A stretch of 64,000 bases of DNA from Bacteroidales bacterium. Lineage in GTDB: Bacteria > Bacteroidota > Bacteroidia > Bacteroidales > JAADGE01. The stretch spans positions 4,043 to 68,042 of the forward strand of contig JAKISF010000016.1 in the NCBI GenBank assembly GCA_021648725.1. The letters are read 5' to 3'. A program made the position numbers and the translations under genes. The notes beneath the pieces are model-generated. The model saw only the letters and a program-made list of their open reading frames with translations. It searched no databases and was not told the DNA's origin. Positions 19,164 to 28,839 of this stretch are shown here, one piece after another. Within the stretch, counting starts at the first letter, position 1; each line of letters begins with the position of its first letter.

Positions 19164-22100
19164 ATGAACGAATCAATATTAAAAGCATTAATGAAATTAT
19201 TTGCAATAATTGCAAATGCCGACAGCAATGTAGTTTCCGATGAAGCAAGAAGAGTTGTAAGAACTTACCTTGATGTAATGCTGAATAAACACCACGTTGA
19301 TATTTATTTAAATTTATTTGATAAGTTTGTAAAACAGCACCATCATGCAAAAAAAGATGATAACAGAAAAGTCAGAAAACAAACATCTCTTAATTCTGTT
19401 AAAGTTCTTAAAATATGCAGTGAAATAAATGAACAACTTCACCAAAAAGAGAAAATTGTCGTTCTTATAAGACTTTTGGAATTTGTTAATGAAAATAATA
19501 TTATTACTGAAAAAGAACTTGATTTTGTAAAAACAGTTTCCGATATTTTTAATATTCCGGAAAATGAATTCAGCAACTTATTTAATTTAGCTATAAATAA
19601 AATAGACTCTTCCGAAAACAACCCAAAACTTCTTATCATTAATAATAAAGAAGATGATAATGTACAAAAACATATTAATTCAAAAAACTTATCGGGAGAA
19701 ATTTATATTTTACATATTGAAACTACTAACACATTTGTTATAAAATATATAGGAACAGAAAGTTTATTCTTAAACAGTCAAAATATTTCACCCGAACGTT
19801 TATATATTTTTGATAACGGAGCAGTAATTAAAAGTTCAAAAATAAACCCTTTATATTACAGTGATATTGCAGGAAGGTTTATTCATTCGGACGATAGTGC
19901 AAAAGTAATTTTCAAAGCAGAAAATATTGAATTTTATTACAAAAATTCTAAAAACGGAATACAAAATTTCAATTTTACCGAACAATCCGGCAGAATGATC
20001 GGAATTATGGGCGGAAGTGGTGTAGGGAAATCAACTTTGCTTAATGTTTTTAACGGAAGCTATCCGCTTCACGGAGGTAAAATTACAATTAACGGTTACG
20101 ACATTCATAAAGACAAGGAAAAACTAAACGGTGTAATTGGTTTTGTTCCGCAAGATGACTTACTGATTGAAGAATTAACTGTTTACCAAAACCTTTATTA
20201 CAATGCTAAGTTATGCTTCAGCAACTTCTCCGAGAATCAAATAAAAGATGCTGTTGATAAGGTATTAAATGATTTAGATTTAACAGCCACAAAAGATTTA
20301 ACTGTCGGCAGTCCTGTTAATAAATTTATCAGCGGCGGGCAAAGAAAAAGATTAAATATTGCACTTGAATTAATAAGGGAGCCGTCAATTCTTATAGTTG
20401 ATGAGCCTACTTCCGGGCTATCTTCAATGGATTCCGATATGGTTATGAATTTGCTTAAAGAACAAGCCTTGAAAGGTAAATTGGTGCTTGTAAATATTCA
20501 CCAACCTTCATCGGATATATATAAACTATTCGACAGTTTATTGATGATGGATAAAGGCGGACATCCGGTTTACTTCGGAAACCCTGTTGATGCAATAACT
20601 TATTTTAAACAATCAGCTAATTATGTAAATCCGGAAGAAAGCGGTTGTTCCGAATGCGGAAACGTTAACGCCGAGCAACCACTACAAATACTTGAAGCTA
20701 AAATAGTTGATGAATTCGGAAAGTTTACCAAAGAAAGAAAAATAAGCCCGCAAGAATGGTATTCTAAATATAAAAAAGAAATTGAAACCAAGCAAAAAGA
20801 TACAGCAGAAACCGGAGAAAAATCAAAACTCCCTGAAAATTATTTTAAAACACCTTCAAGATTTAAGCAATTTTTAATTTTTACAATAAGAAATATTAAG
20901 GCAAAATTAACAAATAAGCAAAATTTATTGATTACTTTCTTAGAAGCTCCTGTTTTAGCAGTAATACTCGGATATTTTACAAAATACATAAGCGGAACCG
21001 ATGCTGACCCGGATGCATATATCTTTGCCGAAAATGTTAATATTGTAGCTTATTTATTTATGGCTGTAACGGTTGCATTATTTTTCGGTATGACGTTAAG
21101 TGCCGAAGAGATTATTAAAGACAGAAAAATATTAAAAAGAGAAAAATTTCTTCATTTAAGCAAATTCAGTTATTTAAATTCTAAAATCTTTGTTCTTTTT
21201 GTTATTTCTGCAATTCAAACATTATCGTTTATCCTTGTCGGAAATTGGATTTTAGAAATACACGGACTTACTCTAACTTATTGGTTAATACTTTTTTCAA
21301 CTGCCGCATTTGCAAATATTCTCGGTTTAAATATTTCCTCTGCATTTGATTCTGTCGTAACAATATACATAACAATACCGTTTATTTTAGTTCCTCAACT
21401 TTTATTCAGCGGCGTTATAGTTGACTTTACAAAATTACACAAGAACTTCACATCATATAAAGAAGTTCCTATAATCGGAGATTTAATGACATCACGCTGG
21501 GCTTATGAGGCTCTTGCAGTTGCTCAATTTAAAAATAATAAATACGAAAAATATTATTTTGAAGTTGATAAAGAAAAAAGTCAAAATAATTATAAACTTT
21601 CATACTTAATTCCCGAATTTGAAAAATATACAAATACCTGTGTTAATAATATTGAAGCAAGTACAAGTATTGAGCAAACCGAAAGGTATTTAAAAATTCT
21701 GACAAATGAGATTAAAGAACTTAATAAAACGTCGGAAATAAAATTTGAGAATTTAAATGAATTAACAATAAATAATTTTAATAAAAATACACAAACAGAA
21801 TTGCAAAAATATTACGATAAATTAAAAAGAAAATTTAACGCAAAACAATACAAACTTAATCTAAAATCAGACTCTGTTTCTCATTCTTTAATAAAGAAGT
21901 TCAAAAACAAAGAAGATGTTTACAAATTAAAAATTAAAAATCACAATAAACAAGTTGCAGAAATACTAAGAAATAAAGGCGAATTTGATGCCATAAAAGA
22001 AGAAGACAGTCGAATGGTACAAGTTATCGATCCTATCTTCAAAATGCCTGTTTCAAAAAACGGAAGAGCCCACTTTTATTCTCCTGTTAAAAAAATAGGA

Positions 22101-22223
22101 AATAAAACCATTGATACACTTTGGTTTAATGTTATTTTTATTTGGTTCACATCTTTAATTATTTATTTAATGCTAATTTTTAACATATTCAGAAAAATAA
22201 TTGATTTATTCGGTAAGAAATAA
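19164..22223 (+). CDS. TerB-like domain / ABC ATPase / ABC-2 (ABCG-type) permease fusion protein
   Basis: 1019 aa. N-terminal TerB-like helical repeats, Walker A GGSGVGKST, signature SGGQRKRLNIA, Walker B ILIVDEPTSGL and H-loop HQPS. I count five TM helices, then ~200 aa of K/E-rich coiled coil, then a final TM. Confidence 0.8.
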   Translation: MNESILKALMKLFAIIANADSNVVSDEARRVVRTYLDVMLNKHHVDIYLNLFDKFVKQHHHAKKDDNRKVRKQTSLNSVKVLKICSEINEQLHQKEKIVVLIRLLEFVNENNIITEKELDFVKTVSDIFNIPENEFSNLFNLAINKIDSSENNPKLLIINNKEDDNVQKHINSKNLSGEIYILHIETTNTFVIKYIGTESLFLNSQNISPERLYIFDNGAVIKSSKINPLYYSDIAGRFIHSDDSAKVIFKAENIEFYYKNSKNGIQNFNFTEQSGRMIGIMGGSGVGKSTLLNVFNGSYPLHGGKITINGYDIHKDKEKLNGVIGFVPQDDLLIEELTVYQNLYYNAKLCFSNFSENQIKDAVDKVLNDLDLTATKDLTVGSPVNKFISGGQRKRLNIALELIREPSILIVDEPTSGLSSMDSDMVMNLLKEQALKGKLVLVNIHQPSSDIYKLFDSLLMMDKGGHPVYFGNPVDAITYFKQSANYVNPEESGCSECGNVNAEQPLQILEAKIVDEFGKFTKERKISPQEWYSKYKKEIETKQKDTAETGEKSKLPENYFKTPSRFKQFLIFTIRNIKAKLTNKQNLLITFLEAPVLAVILGYFTKYISGTDADPDAYIFAENVNIVAYLFMAVTVALFFGMTLSAEEIIKDRKILKREKFLHLSKFSYLNSKIFVLFVISAIQTLSFILVGNWILEIHGLTLTYWLILFSTAAFANILGLNISSAFDSVVTIYITIPFILVPQLLFSGVIVDFTKLHKNFTSYKEVPIIGDLMTSRWAYEALAVAQFKNNKYEKYYFEVDKEKSQNNYKLSYLIPEFEKYTNTCVNNIEASTSIEQTERYLKILTNEIKELNKTSEIKFENLNELTINNFNKNTQTELQKYYDKLKRKFNAKQYKLNLKSDSVSHSLIKKFKNKEDVYKLKIKNHNKQVAEILRNKGEFDAIKEEDSRMVQVIDPIFKMPVSKNGRAHFYSPVKKIGNKTIDTLWFNVIFIWFTSLIIYLMLIFNIFRKIIDLFGKK

Positions 22224-22666
22224 TGATAAAGTATAATAAAAGTGAAATAATTAATAAGCTGATTTGTGCGAAAACAGCTCATGAAAGATGGATGACTTAT
22301 GCAGAAGCAATTTATAACGGTATTAATTTTGGAGAAGAGCATACACCATTATTACATACAGAGTGTGAATTCGGAAAATGGTGTGCCGACAACGGGCAAC
22401 TTTTATATTTTGTTGAAGCACCTAAAACATTATTAGAAGATCATAAATCTCTTCACAGAGTATATATGGAAATATACAAATTGATGCATGACAACAGCAG
22501 TTCAAACTTTTTCAATAAAGCAAGAGTTGAAAAAAAGAAAAAAGAATCCTTAGAAAAAAACTTTAAAGTATTAAATTCAATATCCGGAAATATGATAAAA
22601 GCAATTGATTCAATAATAGACAAGATTAACTCAATGTCTAAAGATGAGATTATGGCATTAGGGTAA
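22223..22666 (+). CDS. Stand-alone CZB (chemoreceptor zinc-binding) domain protein
   Basis: 147 aa. It fits the CZB signature: H20xxW23, 24 residues, C48xFGxW53, 20 residues, H74xxxH78. The ATG overlaps the upstream stop (TAATG). Confidence 0.7.
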   Translation: MIKYNKSEIINKLICAKTAHERWMTYAEAIYNGINFGEEHTPLLHTECEFGKWCADNGQLLYFVEAPKTLLEDHKSLHRVYMEIYKLMHDNSSSNFFNKARVEKKKKESLEKNFKVLNSISGNMIKAIDSIIDKINSMSKDEIMALG

Positions 22667-22713
22667 TAAATTAACATTCTCGGTCAAAAGCCGTAAAGAA
22701 CTCTATATAATCT

Positions 22714-23283
22714 TTATTTTTCAATAAAAACACTTAAATGTGTTTTTACTTCCTCAACAGCAACTTCAAGAACATCATTAACAACAACCACGTCAAAATA
22801 TTTTAAAAAAGTCATTTCATGTTCAGCTTTTGCAAGCCTCTTTTTAAGACTTTCTTCCGTTTCGGTTTCTCTGTTTCTTAACCTTTTTTCAAGTTCTTTT
22901 ATTGAGGGCGGCATAATAAAAACAGTCAAACATTCTTCTTCATACTGTTTTTTTATATTAATTCCGCCGACAACATCAACATCAAAAATAACATTACTCC
23001 CTTTATTCCGGATTCTTTCAACTTCCGATTTTAATGTTCCGTAAAATTGATTTTTATATACTTCCTCCCATTCAACAAACTCACTATTTGCTATTTTATC
23101 TTTAAATTCATCAACTGATAAAAAATAATAATCTTTTCCCTGAATTTCCTTATCTCTCTTTTCTCTGCTGGTTGCAGAAACAGAAAATTCAAAATTAAAT
23201 ACATTTTCAGATAAAATTCTTCTTACAATCGTAGTTTTTCCCGAACCCGAAGGTGCTGAAAAAACGACTAATTTTCCGGTCAT
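22714..23283 (-). CDS. gmk: Guanylate kinase
   Basis: 189 aa. P-loop SAPSGSGKTT and full-length guanylate-kinase-like sequence. Confidence 0.95.
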   Translation of the reverse strand: MTGKLVVFSAPSGSGKTTIVRRILSENVFNFEFSVSATSREKRDKEIQGKDYYFLSVDEFKDKIANSEFVEWEEVYKNQFYGTLKSEVERIRNKGSNVIFDVDVVGGINIKKQYEEECLTVFIMPPSIKELEKRLRNRETETEESLKKRLAKAEHEMTFLKYFDVVVVNDVLEVAVEEVKTHLSVFIEK

Positions 23284-23404
23284 CTTTTTTAAATTATTGA
23301 TTATTTCTCAAAATTGTAAACAATCATTCTATAAAACAAATTTTTTTGGTTTACAGAAAATATTTAAATTTAGAAACTGTTAAACTATTAAATTAAAGAA
23401 AAAG

Positions 23405-24028
23405 ATGAAGCAATTTAACGAAAATTTCAAAACTAAACTTTACGAAACAATCGAAGACATTGAGAACAATTCTCTTGTTGAAGTTGTTGCCGTAATAAAA
23501 GCAAAATCAGGAAATTACAGAGACATATCACTATGGATTGCATTTGCATTCATGTTTTTAGTTTCTACTTTTTTTATGTTTTCTCCGATTGAATTTGACC
23601 CTTATTTAATGTATTTTTTTACATTTCTCTCCTTTATTTTTGCATATCTTAGTTCCGAACTGATTAAAGGCTTCAAAAGACTTTTTATTAAGAAAGCCAG
23701 AATGAAAAGAAACACGGATATATATACAAGAGCTGTATTTCAGAAAGGCGGCATAAGGTTTACTAATGAAAAAATAGGTGTGTTAATTTATGTTTCATTA
23801 TTCGAAAAAAGAGTTAAAATTTTGGCAGACAGAGGTGCTTTTACATTAGTTCCCGATGAACTTTGGAAGAAAATGAAAACTGACTTTAATACAATTTTTG
23901 AAAGTAATAATATAACTGATGCATTTATTTCCGAGTTACAAAAAACAAAAGAAATTTTTGCAAAATACATTTTACCTGTTGAAAATGACATTAACGAACT
24001 GCCTGATGATTTAGAAGTAGAATTATAA
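23405..24028 (+). CDS. TPM-like domain membrane protein (split by two TM helices)
   Basis: 207 aa. An N-terminal TPM-like strand (SLVEVVAVIKAKSG), two TM helices, then IGVLIYVSLFEKRVKILADRGA, which resembles the TPM core. Confidence 0.45.
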   Translation: MKQFNENFKTKLYETIEDIENNSLVEVVAVIKAKSGNYRDISLWIAFAFMFLVSTFFMFSPIEFDPYLMYFFTFLSFIFAYLSSELIKGFKRLFIKKARMKRNTDIYTRAVFQKGGIRFTNEKIGVLIYVSLFEKRVKILADRGAFTLVPDELWKKMKTDFNTIFESNNITDAFISELQKTKEIFAKYILPVENDINELPDDLEVEL

Positions 24029-24076
24029 AACATTATCGAACAAACGAAAATAAATTACAATTAAAAGCAAAAAGTT

Positions 24077-25582
24077 ATGGATAACAAAAAACTTAATATA
24101 TTTTTCACTTTAGCAATCATATTTACACTGTTTTTACTCATAAGCCCTTTCGCAATAGAAATTCTAAGTGCAAGACCCGGAGGCGGTCATTCATTTTCAG
24201 GCGGTGGAGGTTCCGGTGGCGGAGGTGGCGGAGGAGACGGTATCGGTTTTTTAATTTATTTAATTCTTTCAGAGTTACCGCCTTACATTTCAATTCCTTT
24301 AATAATTGCAATAATCGTTATCAGATTAATTATTAAAAGACGAAATAAAGGAGAAAGCAGAACAGTATCCTCTGCACCGGGCATCCAAGCCGTTAAAAAC
24401 AGAAATGCAGATATCGAAAGAGATATTTCAATGCTTAAAGCAACTGACATTAACTTCTCAAAAGTTTTATTTATTGATTTTGCATCTTCAATATATAATA
24501 AATATTATTCATGGTACGGAAGCAAAGAGTTTAAAAATTTATCTCCTTATTTTGATGAATCTGAAATTAAAAAATCTGCAAATTTACAAAATAAACGTAC
24601 TGTAAATGAAATAGTTATCGGAAGTTTAAGAATAAGCGAAGTAAATAACCTCCAACACGTTACGGGTATTGCTGTTGATATTGAAGCAAACTACACATTA
24701 AATCAACACGGCAAAAAAACCAGATACTCGGTTGTTGAAAGATGGTATTTTAACAGAAAAGCCGGAATTTTATCTCCCGAACCCGATAAAATGAGAAAGT
24801 TGGTTTGCCCGAATTGTGCTGCTCCCGCAAATTTTACTGATAACGGAGTTTGTGAAAGTTGCGGAACAAAAATTAATAACGGCGAAATGCAGTGGTTTGT
24901 AAAAAAACATAAAGTTTTAAGTCAAGAAGTTTTCAGCACAAAAGGTTTAGCTCATTATGCTCCCGAAAGAGGAACCGGCTTACAAACAATTTATCAAAGC
25001 GGATTGAGTTCATACACTTCAAGCTTTGCAGCACAACATAATATTGACTGGAAAACATACAGCGAACAATTCAAATATAATGTTGCTTCAAAATATTTCA
25101 TGGCAATTTATACTGCATGGAGCAAAAATAAATTAGATAAAGTAAGAAACTTGTTAACAGACAGAACTTATGAGTCATTTATGTTTTGGATTGATGCATA
25201 CAAAAGTGCAGGTTTGACTAATAAATTAGAAGATATTAAAATCACAAATGTACAATTTGTAAGAATAGATACAGACAAATTTTATGAAGCAATAACAGTA
25301 AGAATTTATGCTTCTTCGCTTGACTATGTAGTTGACAAACAAGGTAAAGTAAGAGGCGGTTCAGATAAAAGACCTCGTTCTTTCAGCGAATATTGGACAT
25401 TTATAAGAAAAAACGGTGTCGAAAAAGATGAATTTGACATTTCAACATGTCCTAATTGCGGTGCCCCTGCCGATAAAATGGGACAAGCCGGTGTTTGTGA
25501 ATATTGCGGAACAAAAATAAGTAACGGAGATTTTTCATGGGTACTTTCAATTATTACACAAGACGAAGTTTATTCTGGATAA
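24077..25582 (+). CDS. Gly-rich membrane protein with two Tim44-like domains, each followed by a zinc ribbon
   Basis: 501 aa. Signal/TM segment, GGGHSFSGGGGSGGGGGGGDG, a TM helix, then two repeated modules ending CPNCAAP..CESCGTKINNG and CPNCGAP..CEYCGTKISNG. Confidence 0.55.
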   Translation: MDNKKLNIFFTLAIIFTLFLLISPFAIEILSARPGGGHSFSGGGGSGGGGGGGDGIGFLIYLILSELPPYISIPLIIAIIVIRLIIKRRNKGESRTVSSAPGIQAVKNRNADIERDISMLKATDINFSKVLFIDFASSIYNKYYSWYGSKEFKNLSPYFDESEIKKSANLQNKRTVNEIVIGSLRISEVNNLQHVTGIAVDIEANYTLNQHGKKTRYSVVERWYFNRKAGILSPEPDKMRKLVCPNCAAPANFTDNGVCESCGTKINNGEMQWFVKKHKVLSQEVFSTKGLAHYAPERGTGLQTIYQSGLSSYTSSFAAQHNIDWKTYSEQFKYNVASKYFMAIYTAWSKNKLDKVRNLLTDRTYESFMFWIDAYKSAGLTNKLEDIKITNVQFVRIDTDKFYEAITVRIYASSLDYVVDKQGKVRGGSDKRPRSFSEYWTFIRKNGVEKDEFDISTCPNCGAPADKMGQAGVCEYCGTKISNGDFSWVLSIITQDEVYSG

Positions 25583-25610
25583 AACCCAGTATAAGAAAAT
25601 ACAATAATCC

Positions 25611-25648
25611 TCCCTGTCAGTGCTTTAAAAGCCTGACAGCGGTTTTTA
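25611..25648 (+). terminator. Rho-independent terminator after the 501-aa gene
   Basis: Stem ctgtcag (25614-25620) / ctgacag (25633-25639), extendable across one mismatch, followed by a T5 run. Confidence 0.55.
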
Positions 25649-25675
25649 TAATTAACAATTAAAACAAGAAAACAG

Positions 25676-25816
25676 ATGTTTGAAATAATAGCAACTTTAA
25701 AGCTCTTCACACTGTTTATTATGATAGGTGTTTTTATTTTTCTGATTATAAACCAATTAAAGAAAAAGAAAAATCCGGATGATAATAATAAATCAATCAA
25801 AAACAAAAAAAGCTGA
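25676..25816 (+). CDS. Possible 46-aa single-pass membrane peptide (not in the ORF track)
   Basis: ATG..TGA encodes MFEIIATLKLFTLFIMIGVFIFLIINQLKKKKNPDDNNKSIKNKKS. This is one hydrophobic helix followed by a strongly basic tail (positive-inside). Confidence 0.3.
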   Translation: MFEIIATLKLFTLFIMIGVFIFLIINQLKKKKNPDDNNKSIKNKKS

Positions 25817-25841
25817 AATTAATTTTTAACTGTAAAGAAAA

Positions 25842-26606
25842 TTATTTGGTTCCTTCATCTTGTTCTTTCAAATAATAACCGCTTTCAACTTTTCCGAATC
25901 GGTAAGCTAAATAAATAGTCGGAAAAAACATCGGATTATTTTCTGTTTCCATAATTTTTATCGGTTTAGGATAAGCCTCAAATGAAATACCGGTTTCGAG
26001 CATACTTAATTTTTTGTCCGTTTTGCTGAATTCAAAAGAAAAACCTGTTTTTGCATAAATCCCCGGTATAACTTTTATTTCGTTAAAACCGTATGAAAAT
26101 GATTTTTTGCCGTGAATAAACCACCAAGGAGTATTTTCTGTAAACAATTGTACAGTTGTTGCATTTATAGAGTCACTCCAAACGTCATAATAAATAGGTT
26201 TCAGAAACATTGCACTAATACCGCCCACATAAAACCACCTGACTGACACACTGTTGCGATCAAACTTCTTAAATATCTCATGATGTCTTCCTACAGCAAA
26301 TCGTAAATTAAAAGCAACGTTTGTTTTTCCGTAAACAAAATTAAAAATATTATAGGTAAGCGGATTACTGATTTTTTTTTCCTTATTATGCTTTACAATA
26401 TTAAAATCGCCTTCGTACAAAAACTTTTTATGAACATTAATTCTTTTCCCGTAGCGATACCCTAAACCGTAACCATTTGAATTCAATACAAAAGCAAAAC
26501 TTTTTTCATTTCTGAACAAAATTTTATGCTCAGTATCAACTTCACCTTGTGAAAAAACAATTGAAAAACTAAAAGATAGGAATAATATAAAAATTAACTT
26601 CTTCAT
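25842..26606 (-). CDS. Hypothetical exported protein, probable outer-membrane beta-barrel
   Basis: 254 aa. Signal peptide MKKLIFILFLSFSFSIVFSQ, and alternating aromatic/glycine-rich strands. Confidence 0.5.
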   Translation of the reverse strand: MKKLIFILFLSFSFSIVFSQGEVDTEHKILFRNEKSFAFVLNSNGYGLGYRYGKRINVHKKFLYEGDFNIVKHNKEKKISNPLTYNIFNFVYGKTNVAFNLRFAVGRHHEIFKKFDRNSVSVRWFYVGGISAMFLKPIYYDVWSDSINATTVQLFTENTPWWFIHGKKSFSYGFNEIKVIPGIYAKTGFSFEFSKTDKKLSMLETGISFEAYPKPIKIMETENNPMFFPTIYLAYRFGKVESGYYLKEQDEGTK

Positions 26607-26619
26607 AAAAGTTTAAACA

Positions 26620-26653
26620 AATAAAGTTTGTAAAATAAATTACAAACTTTATT
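26620..26653 (-). terminator. Hairpin terminator after the 61-aa lipoprotein gene
   Basis: Perfect 13-bp inverted repeat aataaagtttgta / tacaaactttatt with an 8-nt loop. On the minus strand it is followed by a T-rich stretch (tgttt). Confidence 0.45.
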
Positions 26654-26674
26654 TATTAAAAAATAATATTTTTT

Positions 26675-26860
26675 TTATAAGTTTTCGCTGTTTTGAAAAT
26701 CAACAGTTTCAATCACATCTTGCGAACCTTGTTCTTGCACGTCTCCCGAATAAACAGATGGCGGATAAGCAGGACATAATCTTGCACTTGAATTGCATGA
26801 CGAAATCATAAAACTTCCGAAAAATAAAAGAATTCCAAAAATAGAAAGTAACTTTTTCAT
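26675..26860 (-). CDS. Small lipoprotein (61 aa)
   Basis: Signal peptide plus lipobox MISSC. It has its own -7 box 45 nt upstream and its own terminator, which supports it being a real gene. Confidence 0.5.
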   Translation of the reverse strand: MKKLLSIFGILLFFGSFMISSCNSSARLCPAYPPSVYSGDVQEQGSQDVIETVDFQNSENL

Positions 26861-26905
26861 TGTATATTATATTAATTTATTAACAAATTTCATTCTATGT
26901 ATATG

Positions 26906-26913
26906 CAAAGTTA
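26906..26913 (-). promoter_or_regulatory. -7 box (TAnnTTTG) upstream of the small lipoprotein gene
   Basis: The plus strand reads caaagtta, giving TAACTTTG on the minus strand, 45 nt upstream of the ATG. Confidence 0.4.
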
Positions 26914-27049
26914 AAAGATTTTTATTTAATAATGAATTTTTTTACTGATTAAATCAATTTAAACATAATTATATGTATCCTTTAACATACAATTATAGCC
27001 ATTTATTGTATATTGCATTGTATTTTATTAATCATTTTACAAAAAGAAT

Positions 27050-27403
27050 ATGAATATTGAAAATTTCAGAGAATATTGCTTATCTAAAAAAGCTGTAAGC
27101 GAATCTTTTCCTTTTGACAAAACAACACTTGTTTTAAAAGTTCTTGACAAAATGTTTGCACTTACCGATTTAGAAGATGATTTCAGCATAAATTTAAAAT
27201 GCGAGCCCGAAAAAGCAATTTTAGTAAGAGAAAAATATAATGCGGTAAAAGAAGGATATCACATGAATAAAAAACATTGGAATACAATTATAATAGACGG
27301 CTCAATACCCGATTCAAAATTAAAAAAATGGATTGATGATTCATACAATTCAGTCGTTTCTAAAATGACGAAAAAGAATAGAGAAAAATTATTAAAAATG
27401 TAA
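27050..27403 (+). CDS. MmcQ/YjbR family protein
   Basis: 117 aa. FREYCLSKKAVSESFPFD..LKCEPEKA..GYHMNKKHWNTIIIDGS matches my recollection of the YjbR family. Confidence 0.8.
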   Translation: MNIENFREYCLSKKAVSESFPFDKTTLVLKVLDKMFALTDLEDDFSINLKCEPEKAILVREKYNAVKEGYHMNKKHWNTIIIDGSIPDSKLKKWIDDSYNSVVSKMTKKNREKLLKM

Positions 27404-27459
27404 TGAATTTTAATACAAATTAAATTCTAAATGTATAATACATTTTAGTTTAGATTATT

Positions 27460-27467
27460 TATTTTTG
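27460..27467 (+). promoter_or_regulatory. -7 box (TAnnTTTG) upstream of glyA
   Basis: TATTTTTG, 27 nt upstream of the ATG. Confidence 0.4.
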
Positions 27468-27494
27468 CGAAAATTAATTATTAAAAAATAATCG

Positions 27495-28775
27495 ATGGAA
27501 AGAGATAATAAAATATTTGACTTGATTAATCAAGAACTTAACAGACAAAAAAGAGGTATTGAATTAATTGCTTCAGAAAACTTTGTAAGCAAACAAGTTA
27601 TGGAAGCAATGGGTTCTCCTTTAACTAATAAATATGCCGAAGGGTACCCCGGAAAAAGGTATTACGGAGGTTGCCAAATTGTTGACCAAACAGAGCAACT
27701 TGCAATAGACAGAGCAAAAGAATTATTCGGTGCCGAATGGGTTAATGTTCAACCTCATTCCGGTGCACAGGCAAATGCTGCCGTTATGTTAGCCGTATTA
27801 AAACCCGGCGATACTTTTATGGGACTAAACCTTTCACACGGAGGACATTTAACCCACGGTTCATTTGTTAATTATTCCGGCATTCTTTATAATGCCGTTT
27901 CATACAATGTAGGTGAAGAAACCGGAACGGTAGATTATGACGAAATGGAAGAACTTGCAATTAAAGAAAACCCTAAATTAATTGTTGGCGGTGCTTCTGC
28001 ATATTCTCGTGATTGGGATTATAAACGAATGAGAGAAATTGCTGACAAAGTCGGTGCTCTGTTAATGTTCGATATTGCACATCCTGCCGGTTTAATTGCT
28101 GTAGGGCTTTTAAATAACCCTATCCCTCATTGCCATATCCTTACAACAACCACACATAAAACATTAAGAGGCCCCAGAGGCGGAATGATTATGATGGGAA
28201 AAGATTTTGAAAATCCTATGGGCAAGAAAACACCAAAAGGAAAAACCAGAATGATGTCATCTGTACTCGACTCAGGAGTATTCCCCGGAACACAAGGCGG
28301 GCCGCTTGAACATATTATAGCAGCAAAAGCAGTTGCATTCCGAGAAGCTTTAACCGATGAATTTAAAGATTATCAAAAACAAGTAATTAAAAATGCAAAA
28401 GCATTAGCAGATGCATTCGTTGAAAAAGGTTACAAAGTAATTTCCGGCGGAACAGATAATCATTCGATGTTAATTGACCTAAGAACAAAAGTTCCCGAAA
28501 CATCAGGTAAAATTGTTGAAAAAGCTCTGGAAAAAGCTGACATTACTTTAAATAAAAACATGGTTCCTTTTGATTCTCGTTCTCCTTTCCAAACATCGGG
28601 TATCAGAGTAGGAACTCCTGCAATTACTACAAGAGGCGTAAAAGAAGATTTAATGCCTGTTATTGTTGATATGATTGACGAAGTTATCTTAAATCCCGAA
28701 AACGAAGACATTATTTTGAATGTAAGAAAAAAAGTTAATAATCTAATGGAAAACTATCCCTTAACAACACATTAG
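27495..28775 (+). CDS. glyA: Serine hydroxymethyltransferase
   Basis: 426 aa. The PLP-lysine context [14 protein letters not shown] is present and similarity is full-length. Confidence 0.96.
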   Translation: MERDNKIFDLINQELNRQKRGIELIASENFVSKQVMEAMGSPLTNKYAEGYPGKRYYGGCQIVDQTEQLAIDRAKELFGAEWVNVQPHSGAQANAAVMLAVLKPGDTFMGLNLSHGGHLTHGSFVNYSGILYNAVSYNVGEETGTVDYDEMEELAIKENPKLIVGGASAYSRDWDYKRMREIADKVGALLMFDIAHPAGLIAVGLLNNPIPHCHILTTTTHKTLRGPRGGMIMMGKDFENPMGKKTPKGKTRMMSSVLDSGVFPGTQGGPLEHIIAAKAVAFREALTDEFKDYQKQVIKNAKALADAFVEKGYKVISGGTDNHSMLIDLRTKVPETSGKIVEKALEKADITLNKNMVPFDSRSPFQTSGIRVGTPAITTRGVKEDLMPVIVDMIDEVILNPENEDIILNVRKKVNNLMENYPLTTH

Positions 28776-28839
28776 AAGTTTATTTATTTTATTATTAAGC
28801 ATATTTTACAATCAGTTAAATATTAGAAAAGCACCTTTG

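Noticed and set aside
24197-24240. GGN codon run (Gly-rich tract) as a possible slipped-strand phase-variation site
   Set aside because: The codons are mixed (ggc ggt gga ggt tcc ggt ggc gga ...), so there is no perfect simple-sequence repeat to promote slippage.
25570-25806. 78-aa minus-strand ORF in the gap after the Tim44-like gene
   Set aside because: It overlaps the 3' end of the upstream gene and runs through the terminator hairpin. It has no signal-like or domain-like features. The plus-strand 46-aa membrane-peptide frame is the more plausible reading, itself at low confidence.
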